The translations under genes and the position numbers were made by a program. Positions 9,066-19,164 of a DNA stretch of 21,122 nt are shown piece by piece. The stretch is from Octopus sinensis (taxonomy: Eukaryota): NCBI RefSeq assembly GCF_006345805.1, contig NW_021823781.1, positions 1-21,122 of the forward strand, written 5' to 3'. The notes below the pieces were generated by a model. The model worked only from the letters and a program-made list of their open reading frames with translations. It had not been told where the DNA came from and ran no database searches. Numbering within the stretch: the first letter of the stretch is position 1; each line of letters starts with the position of its first letter.

Positions 9066-11536
9066 AGAGTAATCCCATTCACACCAATTATATGTATACA
9101 ATTATACACACTTGAATAATACATATAGCCCCTAATATACTGAACATACTAATAATCACCAACTAACCACCATCACAAATGAAACCCACACCCATACTAT
9201 GACAAAACTCCCCCATACCCTATTTACACCTACATAGTAATCCCCATATATTCTTCCATACATGGACGCAAGTGCGTGAAGCACATGAACATAATTAGTA
9301 CGTAAACCCCTAATACACACTAATATATACGTATCAAGCTCGACCTCCACAGTGATAAGTTTACACACAATCACACCCAGATGGGTGAATTGCACAACCA
9401 GTGAATGCTCACACATACGGGCGCGATTACATTGTTGCATATATCGAGCCAAAATAGTATGCATATGTACATGTGAGGGGTACACGTAAATGAAGTGAGC
9501 GTGTACCCCCTGTATTTATACCCGTGCGTGAATATACACATGGAGACTACACACAGGTACAAATGTGTTTAGAAATGGGAACCCATCACTACACTTAATG
9601 TATACTCTCACCCATCCGCACGGATGTGTAAGTGTATCTCCGGTGTATAGTTGAGGCTTATATGTAGAGTTGTTGAAGTGAACGTCGTTGAAATTGTGAA
9701 TGAATGGGTAGTGTTGGGAATTGTAACCGGGTGGTGGACTAGTGTTGCTTGAATTGTGAATGGATTAGGGTGGTAATGAGGTAGGCATTGAGTATGGGTT
9801 ACTGTAAGTTGTTTGTTAGAGTTGCTAGGGTGAGCTAAAGCTCATAATGTATATAATTGATTTTTCATGATAGTTTTAAAAGAATCCATTCATAATAAAT
9901 TTTTTTTAAGTAGCGTTGGTTTGCTACGTGGAAATAGTTTTTAGTTCCATTTATTATATTTCTCCATTCATACTATGAATGACGTTTACTTTCTATGGCG
10001 CGTATTCTTTTTTTACATTAGTTATTTCCATGGTAACGTAATTTTGTTTGGTTTTTTAACGGCTAAAAATCTAATTTCACTTCATAATTTGTAACTGAAT
10101 GTAAGTATGTATTTGATTTATCCTTATGTCATAATGTTATTTTTGATATTCTGGTTAATTACGATGTATTTATTGTTGTTTTCATAAGAGTGTTTATGTA
10201 TATGAGATTGGTTGTGAGTTTTTAATTGTATAATTAATTTATTTATCTGTATGAGTGTGGGTGTAAATATTGTTGTATATATCGAGTTTTAGTGAGTATG
10301 TATATGCGTATATGTGAGGGAGCATATGTATCTGTTGTGTGTGTGTGTTTTGCGTGTGTGTGTGTGTGTTTGTGGTGAATGTGTATTTGGGTTTGTTATT
10401 TAGGATTTGGGATGTATGTGTAATTTGTCTGGTGGGGAGGGAGTGGTTTTTGGTGTATATTGAGGTTTATAAGTTAGTATAGGTTTGTGTATAAGTCTTG
10501 GGTCTGTGGTTTACGTGTGGGTTTTTTGTGTGTGAATGTTTAGGTTAGGGGGATTGTATATAAGTTTGTTATAGGGTTTAGCAAAGGGAGATTTTATCGT
10601 TATATGCTTTTATGAGTTTTGGTTTATCATGGTTTTTTTAGGTAATGTGGTATTTTGTATATTTTAGGTGTTGGTTATTTTTTTACATTGTTTCATTCAT
10701 AATTGAGTGGTTGTTCGTTTTGCCACGTGAATAACCGGGTGGTGGACTAGCGTTGCTTGGAATGTGAATGAATAGTGTAGTAGTGAGGTAGGCATAGAGA
10801 ATGGGATTGGGTTACTGCAAGTTGTTTGTTAGAGATGCTAAGGTGAGTTAAAGCTCATAAATGTATATAATGTTTTTGGGGGTGTGTAAGTATTGTTGTA
10901 TATGTCGAGTTTAGTGAGTATGTATAGGCGTATATGTGAGGGAGTATATGTATCTTTTGTGTGTGAGTGTTTTGCGTGAGTGGGTGTTTTTGTGTGTGAA
11001 TGTGTATATGGGTTTGTTATTTAGGTTTTGGGATGTATGTGTTAATTTGGTGTGTGGGGAGGGAGTGGGTTTTGGTGTATATTGAGGTTTATAAGTTAGT
11101 ATAGGTATGTGTATAAGTCGTGAGTTGTGGTTTACGTGTGTGTATTTGTGTGTGAATGTTTAGGTTAGGGGGTTTACTTTATAGGTTTGTTATAGAGTTT
11201 AGCAAAGGGAGATTTTATCGTTATATGTTTTTAAGAGTTTTGTTTTATCATGGTTTTTTTTAGGGAATTCGTGGTAATTAGTCTATATTTTCGATATGGA
11301 TTATATATAGGTTATATATGGATTATATACTTATATTTTTTCATTTATACTTTAATTATTAAAAGTATTTTTTTATATTTTAAAATTTTGATTTTTTAGA
11401 TTGGAAGTCCACCTGAAGATTGTCGATCAAGACAAGAAACGATTGTAGTGGCGGTTTTTTTGACTATTATTAAATTTTATGTATTGATTAAGTCTTTCCT
11501 TGTTTGTTTTGCAAAATAGTGGTTTTGTCTCAAATA

Positions 11537-11546
<10 letters not shown>
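9033..11546 (+). repeat. 3' direct repeat (pseudo-LTR) of the PLE
   Basis: Matches 3329-5850. It ends 99 nt past the hammerhead cleavage site and merges into (TA)n at 11543-11570. Confidence 0.95.
11409..11451 (+). ncRNA. Hammerhead ribozyme (3' pLTR copy)
   Basis: Identical to 5702-5744; predicted cleavage after A11447. Confidence 0.85.
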
Positions 11547-11567
<21 letters not shown>

Positions 11568-11573
<6 letters not shown>

Positions 11574-12009
11574 GTTATCGCCATACTAATATGGCATTCT
11601 TATAAAAATAAGAAAAAAGCTGTCCGCTTATTAGCTCCATGAGGCCATCGCCTTAAGTTAGCTATTTGATACACAAACTGTATCCATATAACCTTCGAAC
11701 AAGGGAGGTCAGTCGCTCCACACTACTTGACCGGCAGCTACAGACGCGTTTCGGGGTATTGCCCCTTTTCAATGCAGCGTAGCCAGCCAGTAGGTGTCGC
11801 TTCCGACAATCTCTGTTCGATGGTTTTATTTACCTAGTTTCGGTAAATAGGTAGTGTGGAGCGACTGACCCCCCTTGTTCGAAGGTTATATGGATACAGT
11901 TTGTGTATCAAATAGCTAACTTAAGGCGATGGCCTCATGGAGCTAATAAGCGGACAGCTTTTTTCTTATTTTTATAAGAATGCCATATTACTATGGCGAT
12001 AACTATTAT
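11568..12009 (-). mobile_element. Non-autonomous foldback element: 159-bp inverted arms around a spacer with a mutated hammerhead
   Basis: Arms 11568-11726 and 11851-12009 show two mismatches by eye. The minus strand at 11737-11783 reads GCTAC..CA-TTGAAAA-GGGG(CAATA)CCCC-GAAAC-GC-GTC-TG-TAGC. Confidence 0.75.
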
Positions 12010-12189
12010 TTTCCGGGAACGCTGCCGCTGTTCTCTTTTAGAGAGACTTAGTTATTTTAATATTTCTATTATATATATATATATATACTTAAATAAGTAT
12101 GTTGTTGACAGTGACTACGTGATTCCTACCAGCTAAGCCATCGTCGAACATGGAAAGAAGAACTTTATATATATATATATGTATATATT

Positions 12190-12655
12190 GAGGTAATAAG
12201 GGGTAATGGTGTCATTGAGACCCGAAGGTGTAAGGTGATGCTGATTAAGTGCTATAGACAGACCATAGTTAAGTTCCAGGTTCTGTGATTTTGCGAATAA
12301 GGGGTTCAACGTTGGTCATATTTCAGCGTTTGTATATAAGAATGTTTTGCGAAATGAGATAAAAAGCCAAGGCTGTGTAGATATTAGAACATTTATAGGT
12401 AGAAGGTCTTACAGCTGTTTCCAGGATATTTATTAATCATATCCCTTCATCGGAGACGGTGTGAGAGGATGCTTAAGTAATAGTTAATAATCTGTTTTGT
12501 ATCATATCTGAATTAACTATTACTTAACCATCCACTCACACCGTCTCCGATGAAGGGATATAATTAATAAATATCCTGGAAACAGGTGTAAGACCTATCT
12601 ATAAATGTTCTAATATCTACACAGCATTGGTTTTTATCTCATTACGCAAAAGATT
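12190..12655 (-). mobile_element. Non-autonomous PLE-like foldback element with ~145-bp inverted arms, each carrying a hammerhead variant
   Basis: Arms 12341-12488 and 12512-12655 around a 23-nt spacer. TA-rich microsatellite lies on both sides. The left boundary is approximate. Confidence 0.7.
12406..12457 (-). ncRNA. Hammerhead-like motif, CCGAUGA variant (plus-strand copy at 12543-12594)
   Basis: GTCT-CCGATGA-AGGGATA..TATCCTG-GAAAC-AGCT-GTA-AGAC. Stem I is GTCT/AGAC and helix III is the palindrome ACAGCTGT. The plus copy has loop AGGT. Confidence 0.6.
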
Positions 12656-12656
12656 T

Positions 12657-12903
<247 letters not shown>

Positions 12904-13280
12904 ACACAAAACAGAATGAAAAAGTGCACATGATTTGTATTGTATGGTTAAAAAATATATTTAAATCGTCATATTAGGAAAATGTTATAATTTTTTTTGT
13001 ATAATGACGTTGTTTTGGGAGAAAGATCTGGTATCGCATTTTCTTATCAAATTTCTCGCATTTCTTTACCGTTGGTGTGTCGTCTATTCGCTATGGTGTT
13101 ATGCAGAAGAGTTTGAAACGGGGGAGGAAGTCAGGGATTTTTTCGGTATAAGGGAGATAATCAAAAATGTTTGGAATGATTAGGTTTTGTTAATTGAACA
13201 TGATTTGGTTTTTGATAGAATAAAAATGTTAGAAATGGTCAAGTTTTGGTTTATATTTTTCAATGAGGTAAGTGTAAGTC

Positions 13281-13462
13281 TTTATCCCTCTACGTTGTTT
13301 TGGGCTAATATCTACTTTCGGGATGTATTGTATTACTATTCAGTCAGCAGTGAAACCGCGTCTTTTCAGTAATGTATTCCGTGAACAATACAATGCTGTG
13401 ACACCGTATCTGTTTACAGTAATTTGAGAATGTTATTCACATTCAAATTCACGTGACGTACA
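13281..13462 (+). repeat. Diverged 182-bp dispersed repeat, copy 1
   Basis: Colinear with 16852-17033, sharing TTTATCC, AATATCTACTT, CAGCAGTGAAA, TCTTTTCA, CAGTAATTTGAGAATGTTATT and GTGACGTACA. Confidence 0.85.
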
Positions 13463-13904
13463 TGACGCTTGAAAGGCTTTTGTATGTAGGTTGTACTTTC
13501 TCATGTAAACACAAACATACTAAGCAGTATACTAAATGATTTCTATATGTAACTATCATGTTCTATTGCCTCAGCAAGGCATATTATATTATTTTTAAGG
13601 TTGTTTTTACAGATATTCTATAGAACTGAAGCCAGCACTGATTTTTGATACGACGTTTCGTATCGAGACGTCAGATGTAAACAAGCAATGAGATCGAAGG
13701 CAAAAGTGGGTAATGAGTGTTTATGCAATATTTCGAGGGCTATTGCCCTTCTTCAACACTCATCTAACCCACGACGGCCCTCGAACACATTGCTTATATA
13801 GCTACTGCATACAGCAGTGTTGTTATTGGATATACCAATTTGCATATTAGACGCATTTTGGAACCGGAATGTAAACACTAAAGGCTTTTATAGGGACGTG
13901 TTTC

Positions 13905-13907
<3 letters not shown>

Positions 13908-13976
<69 letters not shown>
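13908..13976. repeat. (CA)n microsatellite
   Basis: Directly visible. Confidence 0.97.
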
Positions 13977-13977
<1 letters not shown>

Positions 13978-14100
13978 CATAACGTAGGCTGCTGTTTAAT
14001 AAAGCTCACTTTTGAGTCAAGATTATTGCTGTATCCACTGAACCGCAAAAGTAATGCGCTGTTTCTAAATGTCATTTTTATATTCTTTTATTCGTTTATT

Positions 14101-14185
14101 CTTTTACTTGTTTCAGTCATTTGACTGCGGCCATGCTGGAGCACCGCCTTTAATCGAGCAACTCGACCCCGGGACTTATTCTTTT
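14101..14185 (-). mobile_element. SINE 3' fragment (octopus-type)
   Basis: TTTCAGTCATTTGACTGCGGCCATGCTGGAGCACCGCC..GACTTATTCTTT is recognised from memory as the tail of an abundant octopus SINE. Confidence 0.6.
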
Positions 14186-14186
14186 C

Positions 14187-14271
14187 CACCGCTGTTTAGC
14201 CCTAGGAAGCATCGACTCTTGTGTCAAGGCCGACAGGAAGCGTCGATGCTTCCTAGGGCTAAACAACGGTG
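14187..14271. repeat. Hairpin with 30-bp arms (29/30 match) and 25-nt loop
   Basis: CACCGCTGTTTAGCCCTAGGAAGCATCGAC (14187-14216) against GTCGATGCTTCCTAGGGCTAAACAACGGTG (14242-14271). Confidence 0.9.
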
Positions 14272-14515
14272 TGTAATTCCCTTACAGGACTGTCACGTTA
14301 ATTTGACAGTATACAACCACTCCTTACTTTATTCTTTAAAAAATCATAACTTATACATACATATAGAAATAATAGTAGTCGTAGTCCATCGGTGTCTAGA
14401 GACTATTGACCTGCACCTGACGAAAGCGTGTCAGCTGCTGACGCAGGTACGGTGTCCTATGTGGCTATAGAGTTCCATGCTGGGTGGCAGTCACACTTCG
14501 GTGATTGCATGTATA

Positions 14516-14547
14516 TCGGCCTTTTTGCTAAGATCAAAGTGTAGTAT
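14516..14547 (+). pseudogene. U2 snRNA 5'-region fragment
   Basis: TCGGCCTTTTTGCTAAGATCAAAGTGTAGTAT against canonical U2 TCGGCCTTTTGGCTAAGATCAAGTGTAGTAT (one substitution, one inserted A). It includes the branch-point recognition sequence GTAGTA. Confidence 0.7.
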
Positions 14548-15050
14548 ATAGCGTTCTAACTAATTTTTCCACCGTCTAGGCCTAAAAAAGCCCTTATTGT
14601 TGGTTCCCTGTCCTGTTATTCTTTATTTCTACTATTCTTTTCTGTTTTTCCTTCATTTGTATTGCTTTTACGTCCTGTTCTTGTCACTTGTTTTACTCCT
14701 CTGCAAAAGAATTTTATTTAATTCCTTTTGCAGGAAGGACTGTTTCGGCTGGACGTGTTCTGCCCTTACATTCGAAACACGCATTGAGTCGAACCAGGGG
14801 CAGCTGGTGAAGGGGAATTTTCCTTGTATTGTTTGTCCTGTACTCTGTTTTTTCGTTGTTAAAAAAGTCCGTTTCCTTGTTTGATTTTATGTTTTCGTTT
14901 CTCGTTGTGTTCTACGTTTATGTGTGGTGTCCTGTACTCACATATATATATATGCTTGTATATATACATGTAGATGTAAGTGTGTACATATATGTATGTA
15001 TATATACATATATTTTATTTATTTATTACATTGTTATTATATATATATAT

Positions 15051-15331
15051 CACGTGATCACGTGACCGACCAGACCATCAGATGTTGCTACACATCGCTA
15101 GTCACAATGCGTTCGCATTGTTTTAGCCTTCGAATGACGCTGGCTAAGCGAGCAGGCCAACAGACGAAAGAGTGAGAGAAAGAGTACAGCAGGGATCACC
15201 ACTCCCTGCCGGAGCCTCGTGGAGCTTTTAGATGTTTTCGCTCAATAAACACACAACGCCCGGTCTGGCAATCGAACCGCGATCCTGCGACCGCGAGTCC
15301 GCTGCCCTAACCACTGGGCCATTGCGCCTCC
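15051..15331 (-). mobile_element. tRNA-derived SINE
   Basis: The minus strand starts GGAGGCGCAATGGCCCAGTGGTTAGGGCAGCGG..GGTTCGATTGCC (A and B boxes) and ends in (TA)n. Confidence 0.8.
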
Positions 15332-15358
15332 TATTATATATACATATACATATATATA

Positions 15359-15443
<85 letters not shown>

Positions 15444-15444
15444 G

Positions 15445-16122
15445 ACGACTGGCTGGATGAATCCTAAGAACATTCAGAACCAGAGATAAGGAAACCATGA
15501 TGGTCCTCTGGCGGACATTCATCGTCAGTCGCCTGGATTACTGCTCACTGCTATGGTCACCCACCAGAGTAAAATTAACAGCAGACCTTGTAGCAATCCA
15601 GAGAAGATTCACAAAGAAGATCATCTCTTTGCAACAGCTCAGCTACTGGGAAAGGTTGAAACAGCTAAAACTCTATTCTCTGGAGAGAAGACGGGAGAGG
15701 TATGCAGTAATATATGTCTGGAAGATCCCGGAAGGAATTGTGCCAAATTTTGGCATTGTAAGCTACACCACTGCTAGAATGGGACGACACTGCATAGTGT
15801 CAAAGATCTCAGCAATGCCATCAAGCTTCAGGACCAGCTTCTGTTACAGCCTGGGTTTCAAGGGCCCACAGCTTTTTAATATTCTCCCAAAGAGTCTGAG
15901 GAACTGCACAAAGTAGATGTAGCGGTTTTTAAATCAAAACTGGACATCTTCCTATCAAGAGTCCCAGATGAACCTACCTCACGGCAAGAGGTGCAAATGA
16001 GAGTAGCTGTATCAAACTCCATTCTACACCAAGTGCCACATATTAGACGAGGTTCATCGCAATAACAGTGTAGCACAAAACGGCGGTGCATCAGCATGGC
16101 CGTAGCTCTGAGCTGAAACTAG

Positions 16123-16125
<3 letters not shown>
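15445..16125 (+). mobile_element. 5'-truncated CR1-group LINE (RT C-terminus, coding ~15447-16065, plus short 3' UTR)
   Basis: LRTFRTRD..SRLDYCSLLWSP..IQRRFTK..LSYWERLKQLKLYSLERRRERY..WKI matches the CR1/L2-type RT C-terminal pattern. One frameshift at ~15911 continues as VDVAVFKSKLDIFLSRVPDEP to TAA at 16063-16065. Flanked by (TA)n. Confidence 0.8.

Positions 16126-16127
<2 letters not shown>

Positions 16128-16192
<65 letters not shown>
16128..16192. repeat. (TA)n microsatellite
   Basis: Directly visible. Confidence 0.97.
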
Positions 16193-16199
<7 letters not shown>

Positions 16200-16851
16200 T
16201 GAGGCAATCAGAAGATCGGATGGTTCATATTTACAGATATTTATTTATATATTACATTTTTTACATATATATATCATATCATTCAGATCATATTCAGATC
16301 ATTAGCGTTTCCTCCCATTCTAGTGGGCTTTTCAAATCAAAATAATTCCTTTGTGGGGAATTTTAATCATTTTATAGAGTTTCGTAGTGGTGGGGAGGAA
16401 CAAGATAGCACAAGAGGGTGAAGTGGATGAGGAGGAAGTGTGAGAGAGAACATGTGTGTATCTGTATGTGTGTGTGTGTGTGTGTATGTATGTGTGTGTG
16501 TGTGTGTGCGTTTGTATCTGAGGCTAAAGAGAAAGAGGGAAGGGAGAGGGAAGAAGAAGAAGGATTTCCTTTGGCCTGTTGGACCCCCAAGGGAGTTCTA
16601 AGAATTTTTAGCTTTTGTCCATTTTAGTGTCACTGAGTGTGTGTTGGTGGGTAGGCAGGCCATAAATTACGCCTTTTATGATTTTGAGGATGGTCAAATG
16701 CCATTTGGGGTCTAAGAACTCTTCTACTTTGTATGATCGTTTTGTGGAGGTGTGTGTGTGTGTCTCTGTTTGTCCGTGTAAGCATGTGTGTATATAAACT
16801 TACATATAAATGTATGAAAACATGCTGAAGTTTAGTCTCAAAGGCAATATG

Positions 16852-17033
16852 TTTATCCATCTACGGTGTTTGGGGCAAATATCTACTTCTAGTATATACT
16901 GTGGTACTGTTCGCACAGCAGTGAAAACAGGTCTTTTCATAAATGCACTAATTGAATAATGCAATACTGTAACATAGGATCTGTTTTCAGTAATTTGAGA
17001 ATGTTATTTACATTTAAACTCAGGTGACGTACA
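16852..17033 (+). repeat. Diverged 182-bp dispersed repeat, copy 2, ending ~94 bp upstream of the tRNA
   Basis: Colinear with 13281-13462. Confidence 0.85.
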
Positions 17034-17126
17034 CCGAATGACCCTTTAGCAGACGGGCGGAAATTGAAACTCAATAACTACAAAATAAAGATAATTATTT
17101 TATATCCATGATTTAGTATATGGCTG

Positions 17127-17199
17127 TCCTCGGTAGTATAGTGGTAAGTATCCCCGCCTGTTACGCGGGAGACCGGGGTTCGATTTCCCGCCGGGGGAG
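17127..17199 (+). tRNA. tRNA-Asp-derived gene or pseudogene with anticodon GTT (Asn)
   Basis: TCCTCGGTAGTATAGTGGTAAGTATCCCCGCCTGTTACGCGGGAGACCGGGGTTCGATTTCCCGCCGGGGGAG is a canonical metazoan tRNA-Asp body. It has a CT-GTT-AC loop, C61>T at 17186 and an extra G in the 3' acceptor strand. Confidence 0.85.
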
Positions 17200-17213
17200 G
17201 CATCTTTATTTAT

Positions 17214-17684
17214 AGGCTCAGGAGTGGTTGTGTGGTAAGTAGCTTGCTTACCAACCATATGGTTCCGGGTTCAGTCCCACTGTGTGGCACCTTGGGCAAG
17301 TGTCTTCTACTATAACCTCGGGCCGACCAAAGCCTTGTGAGAGTATTTGGTAGACGGAAACCGAAAGAAGCCTGTCGTATATATGTATGTGTGTGTGTCT
17401 GTGTTTACGGGGACGTAAACACACCAGCATCGGTTGTCAAGCAATGCTAGGGTGACAAACACAGACACACAAACATACACGTACACACACATATATATAT
17501 ATACATATATACATATATACGACGGGCTTCTTTCAGTTTCCGTCTACCAGATCCACTCACAAGGCATTGATCAGTACCGGGGCTATAGTAGAAGTCACAT
17601 GCCGAAGGTGCCACGCAGTGGGACTGAACCCGGAACCATGTGGTTGGTTAGCAAGCTACTTACCACACAGCCACTCCTGCGCCT
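17214..17684. mobile_element. Two truncated copies of one tRNA-derived SINE joined tail-to-tail (plus 17214-17404, minus 17405-17684)
   Basis: AGGCTCAGGAGTGGTTGTGTGGTAAG..GGTTCAGTCCC at the left end; the reverse complement of the same head (..TTACCACACAGCCACTCCTGCGCCT) at the right end. Confidence 0.85.
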
Positions 17685-17699
17685 TAATGGTAAATTCTG

Positions 17700-19164
17700 A
17701 AAATTTATTTCGGGGATGTAAGTGTAAATGTTCCAAAACATCCAGGGTTATGGCTGAAACCCACATTGTAGGTAGCCTTCCCACTTTCCCTGAAACGAAA
17801 CGCCAAAACGCAATTGTCATGGGAACCGAAATGCACGTGCTTCTCGTGGAGGTTATGGGTATAAAAATCAACTTGAACCGGATGCGTTCCTGGCATTCGA
17901 AATTTGAACGCATCAGGTACGACCCGATTCTCAGCAGAGCAGAGAGTACAAGCCATCGGTCGATTACAAGCAGGGCTGCGTGCCCTGGTTGTTGCGAAAG
18001 CTTACAATGACCACGTCAACACCATATATTGCCCGAAACAGCGACACAACAACACCAACAGCCATGCAGACCATTACCACAGAGGGCACCCCCAGAGTGG
18101 CCACTCCCAGGAAAGACCGCTTCATCCAACTGCAACATCTCCGTGATCGCTTCAGACCGGACAGCGTGACAGCTCGCGGGACCATTGGCACTGGACAGTG
18201 ACCCATCAGCGACGACACGGAACCATGTCGACTGGCTGCCAACAACCTGCATTGCCATCGTCCTGCTCGAGGGTCTGTCCTCATCACCCGTCACCGTCAG
18301 GCACGTCTACAGTGGGCCATACAGCCCCGACATTGGCGGCATCAACAGTGGAGGTTGATAGTCTTCTGACGAAAACCGGCACTAGCGTTTCCCCCTCGGA
18401 CAGTTGAGTGAGGTGTGGTGTAGAGGGAGGTGAACGCTACATGGACGCATCTGGCATGGCGCGAGACGCGTGGGGTGGCCAAAGCATCATGGGTCGGGGT
18501 GCTGTAGGCCTGAATCAGAGAACTGGGCCCCATGTGTTCTAAAATGTTGGTGCAGGCAGAGGGAATGGCATGACAGCGCTGCGCAACGTTGACCAGCTCC
18601 TTAGACCTCACATCGTGCCCTTCTTCGCGCGTCACCATAGCCATCTGTTCCAGCAGGACAATGCTCCCTTCCACACAGCCAGGGTCACCATGGACTTCCT
18701 GCGCCAATACAACATCAGAACCATACCGTGGCTGGCTCTCAGCCCGGATTTTAACCCAATTGAACACACGTGGTATGAAATCCAGAGACGGTTGAACAAG
18801 GTGGTCACAAGGCCGATAACCCATGTGGAACTGGAGACAGCTTTCCTCAGGTTGTGGGCACAGGTAGTAATGGATTTGTGAACCGCCTCATGCACTCCAT
18901 GTACCGACGGTGTATGGCCGTTTTGAAAACCCAGGGAGCGTATACACTACATTGAACGTGTTACGCCGTACAATCTCGATGTGCTGGATCTGCCCACTAC
19001 CATATCACATGACAACGACCCATAGACTGTGGTCAAAGTGTGTCCAAGTATTTGACTCTATCTCATTTATCAAAATTTATCTCTGGCATAATGAAATTAA
19101 AATGTATTAAAATTAAATGTATTTCACAGTCACACACGTCTCGGGTTTCTTTTGTAGTTCAGTG
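17700..19164 (+). mobile_element. Decayed Tc1-family DNA transposon; the 5' TIR was not found
   Basis: Contains a transposase pseudogene. The right end ..TTTCTTTTGTAGTTCAGTG is followed by TA, a typical Tc1 terminus. The left boundary is uncertain. Confidence 0.75.
17919..18955 (+). pseudogene. Tc1 DD34E transposase with stops and frameshifts
   Basis: RFSAEQRVQAIGRLQAG, G.PRVATPRKDRFI, SDE (GAC at 18368), FQQDNAPFHTA..W..LSPDFNPIEH with 34 residues between D and E, and SMYRRCMAV..TGA at 18953-18955. Confidence 0.88.

Larger units (their letters stand above)
2397..11546 (+). mobile_element. Penelope-like retroelement: full unit plus tandem pseudo-LTR and 5' inverted pLTR copy
   Basis: RT + GIY-YIG ORF between near-identical 2.5-kb direct repeats (offset ~5704-5707), an upstream 0.93-kb inverted copy, three hammerheads and (TA)n at both ends. 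Confidence 0.92.

Noticed and set aside
13723-13795. Imperfect hairpin GCAATATTTCGAGGGC / GCCCTCGAACACATTGC
   Set aside because: Short and interrupted, with no second copy or family context to support function.
14409-14450. Hammerhead candidate at CTGACGA (14417-14423) with a GTCAGC/GCTGAC hairpin
   Set aside because: There is no GAAA after the stem and no NUH/stem I geometry.
16583-16712. Apparent inverted repeat (CCCCAA/TTGGGG and GAGTTCTAAGA/TCTAAGAACTC)
   Set aside because: The two short matches are in incompatible order and cannot form one continuous stem; likely chance.
17060-17100. AACTACAAAATAAA as the missing left Tc1 TIR
   Set aside because: Only a short AT-rich match, lacking the TA-CACTG terminus.
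17567-18895. Overlapping alternative-frame and antisense ORFs in the Tc1 region
   Set aside because: Shadows of the GC-richer transposase pseudogene; only the frames with Tc1 motifs are meaningful.
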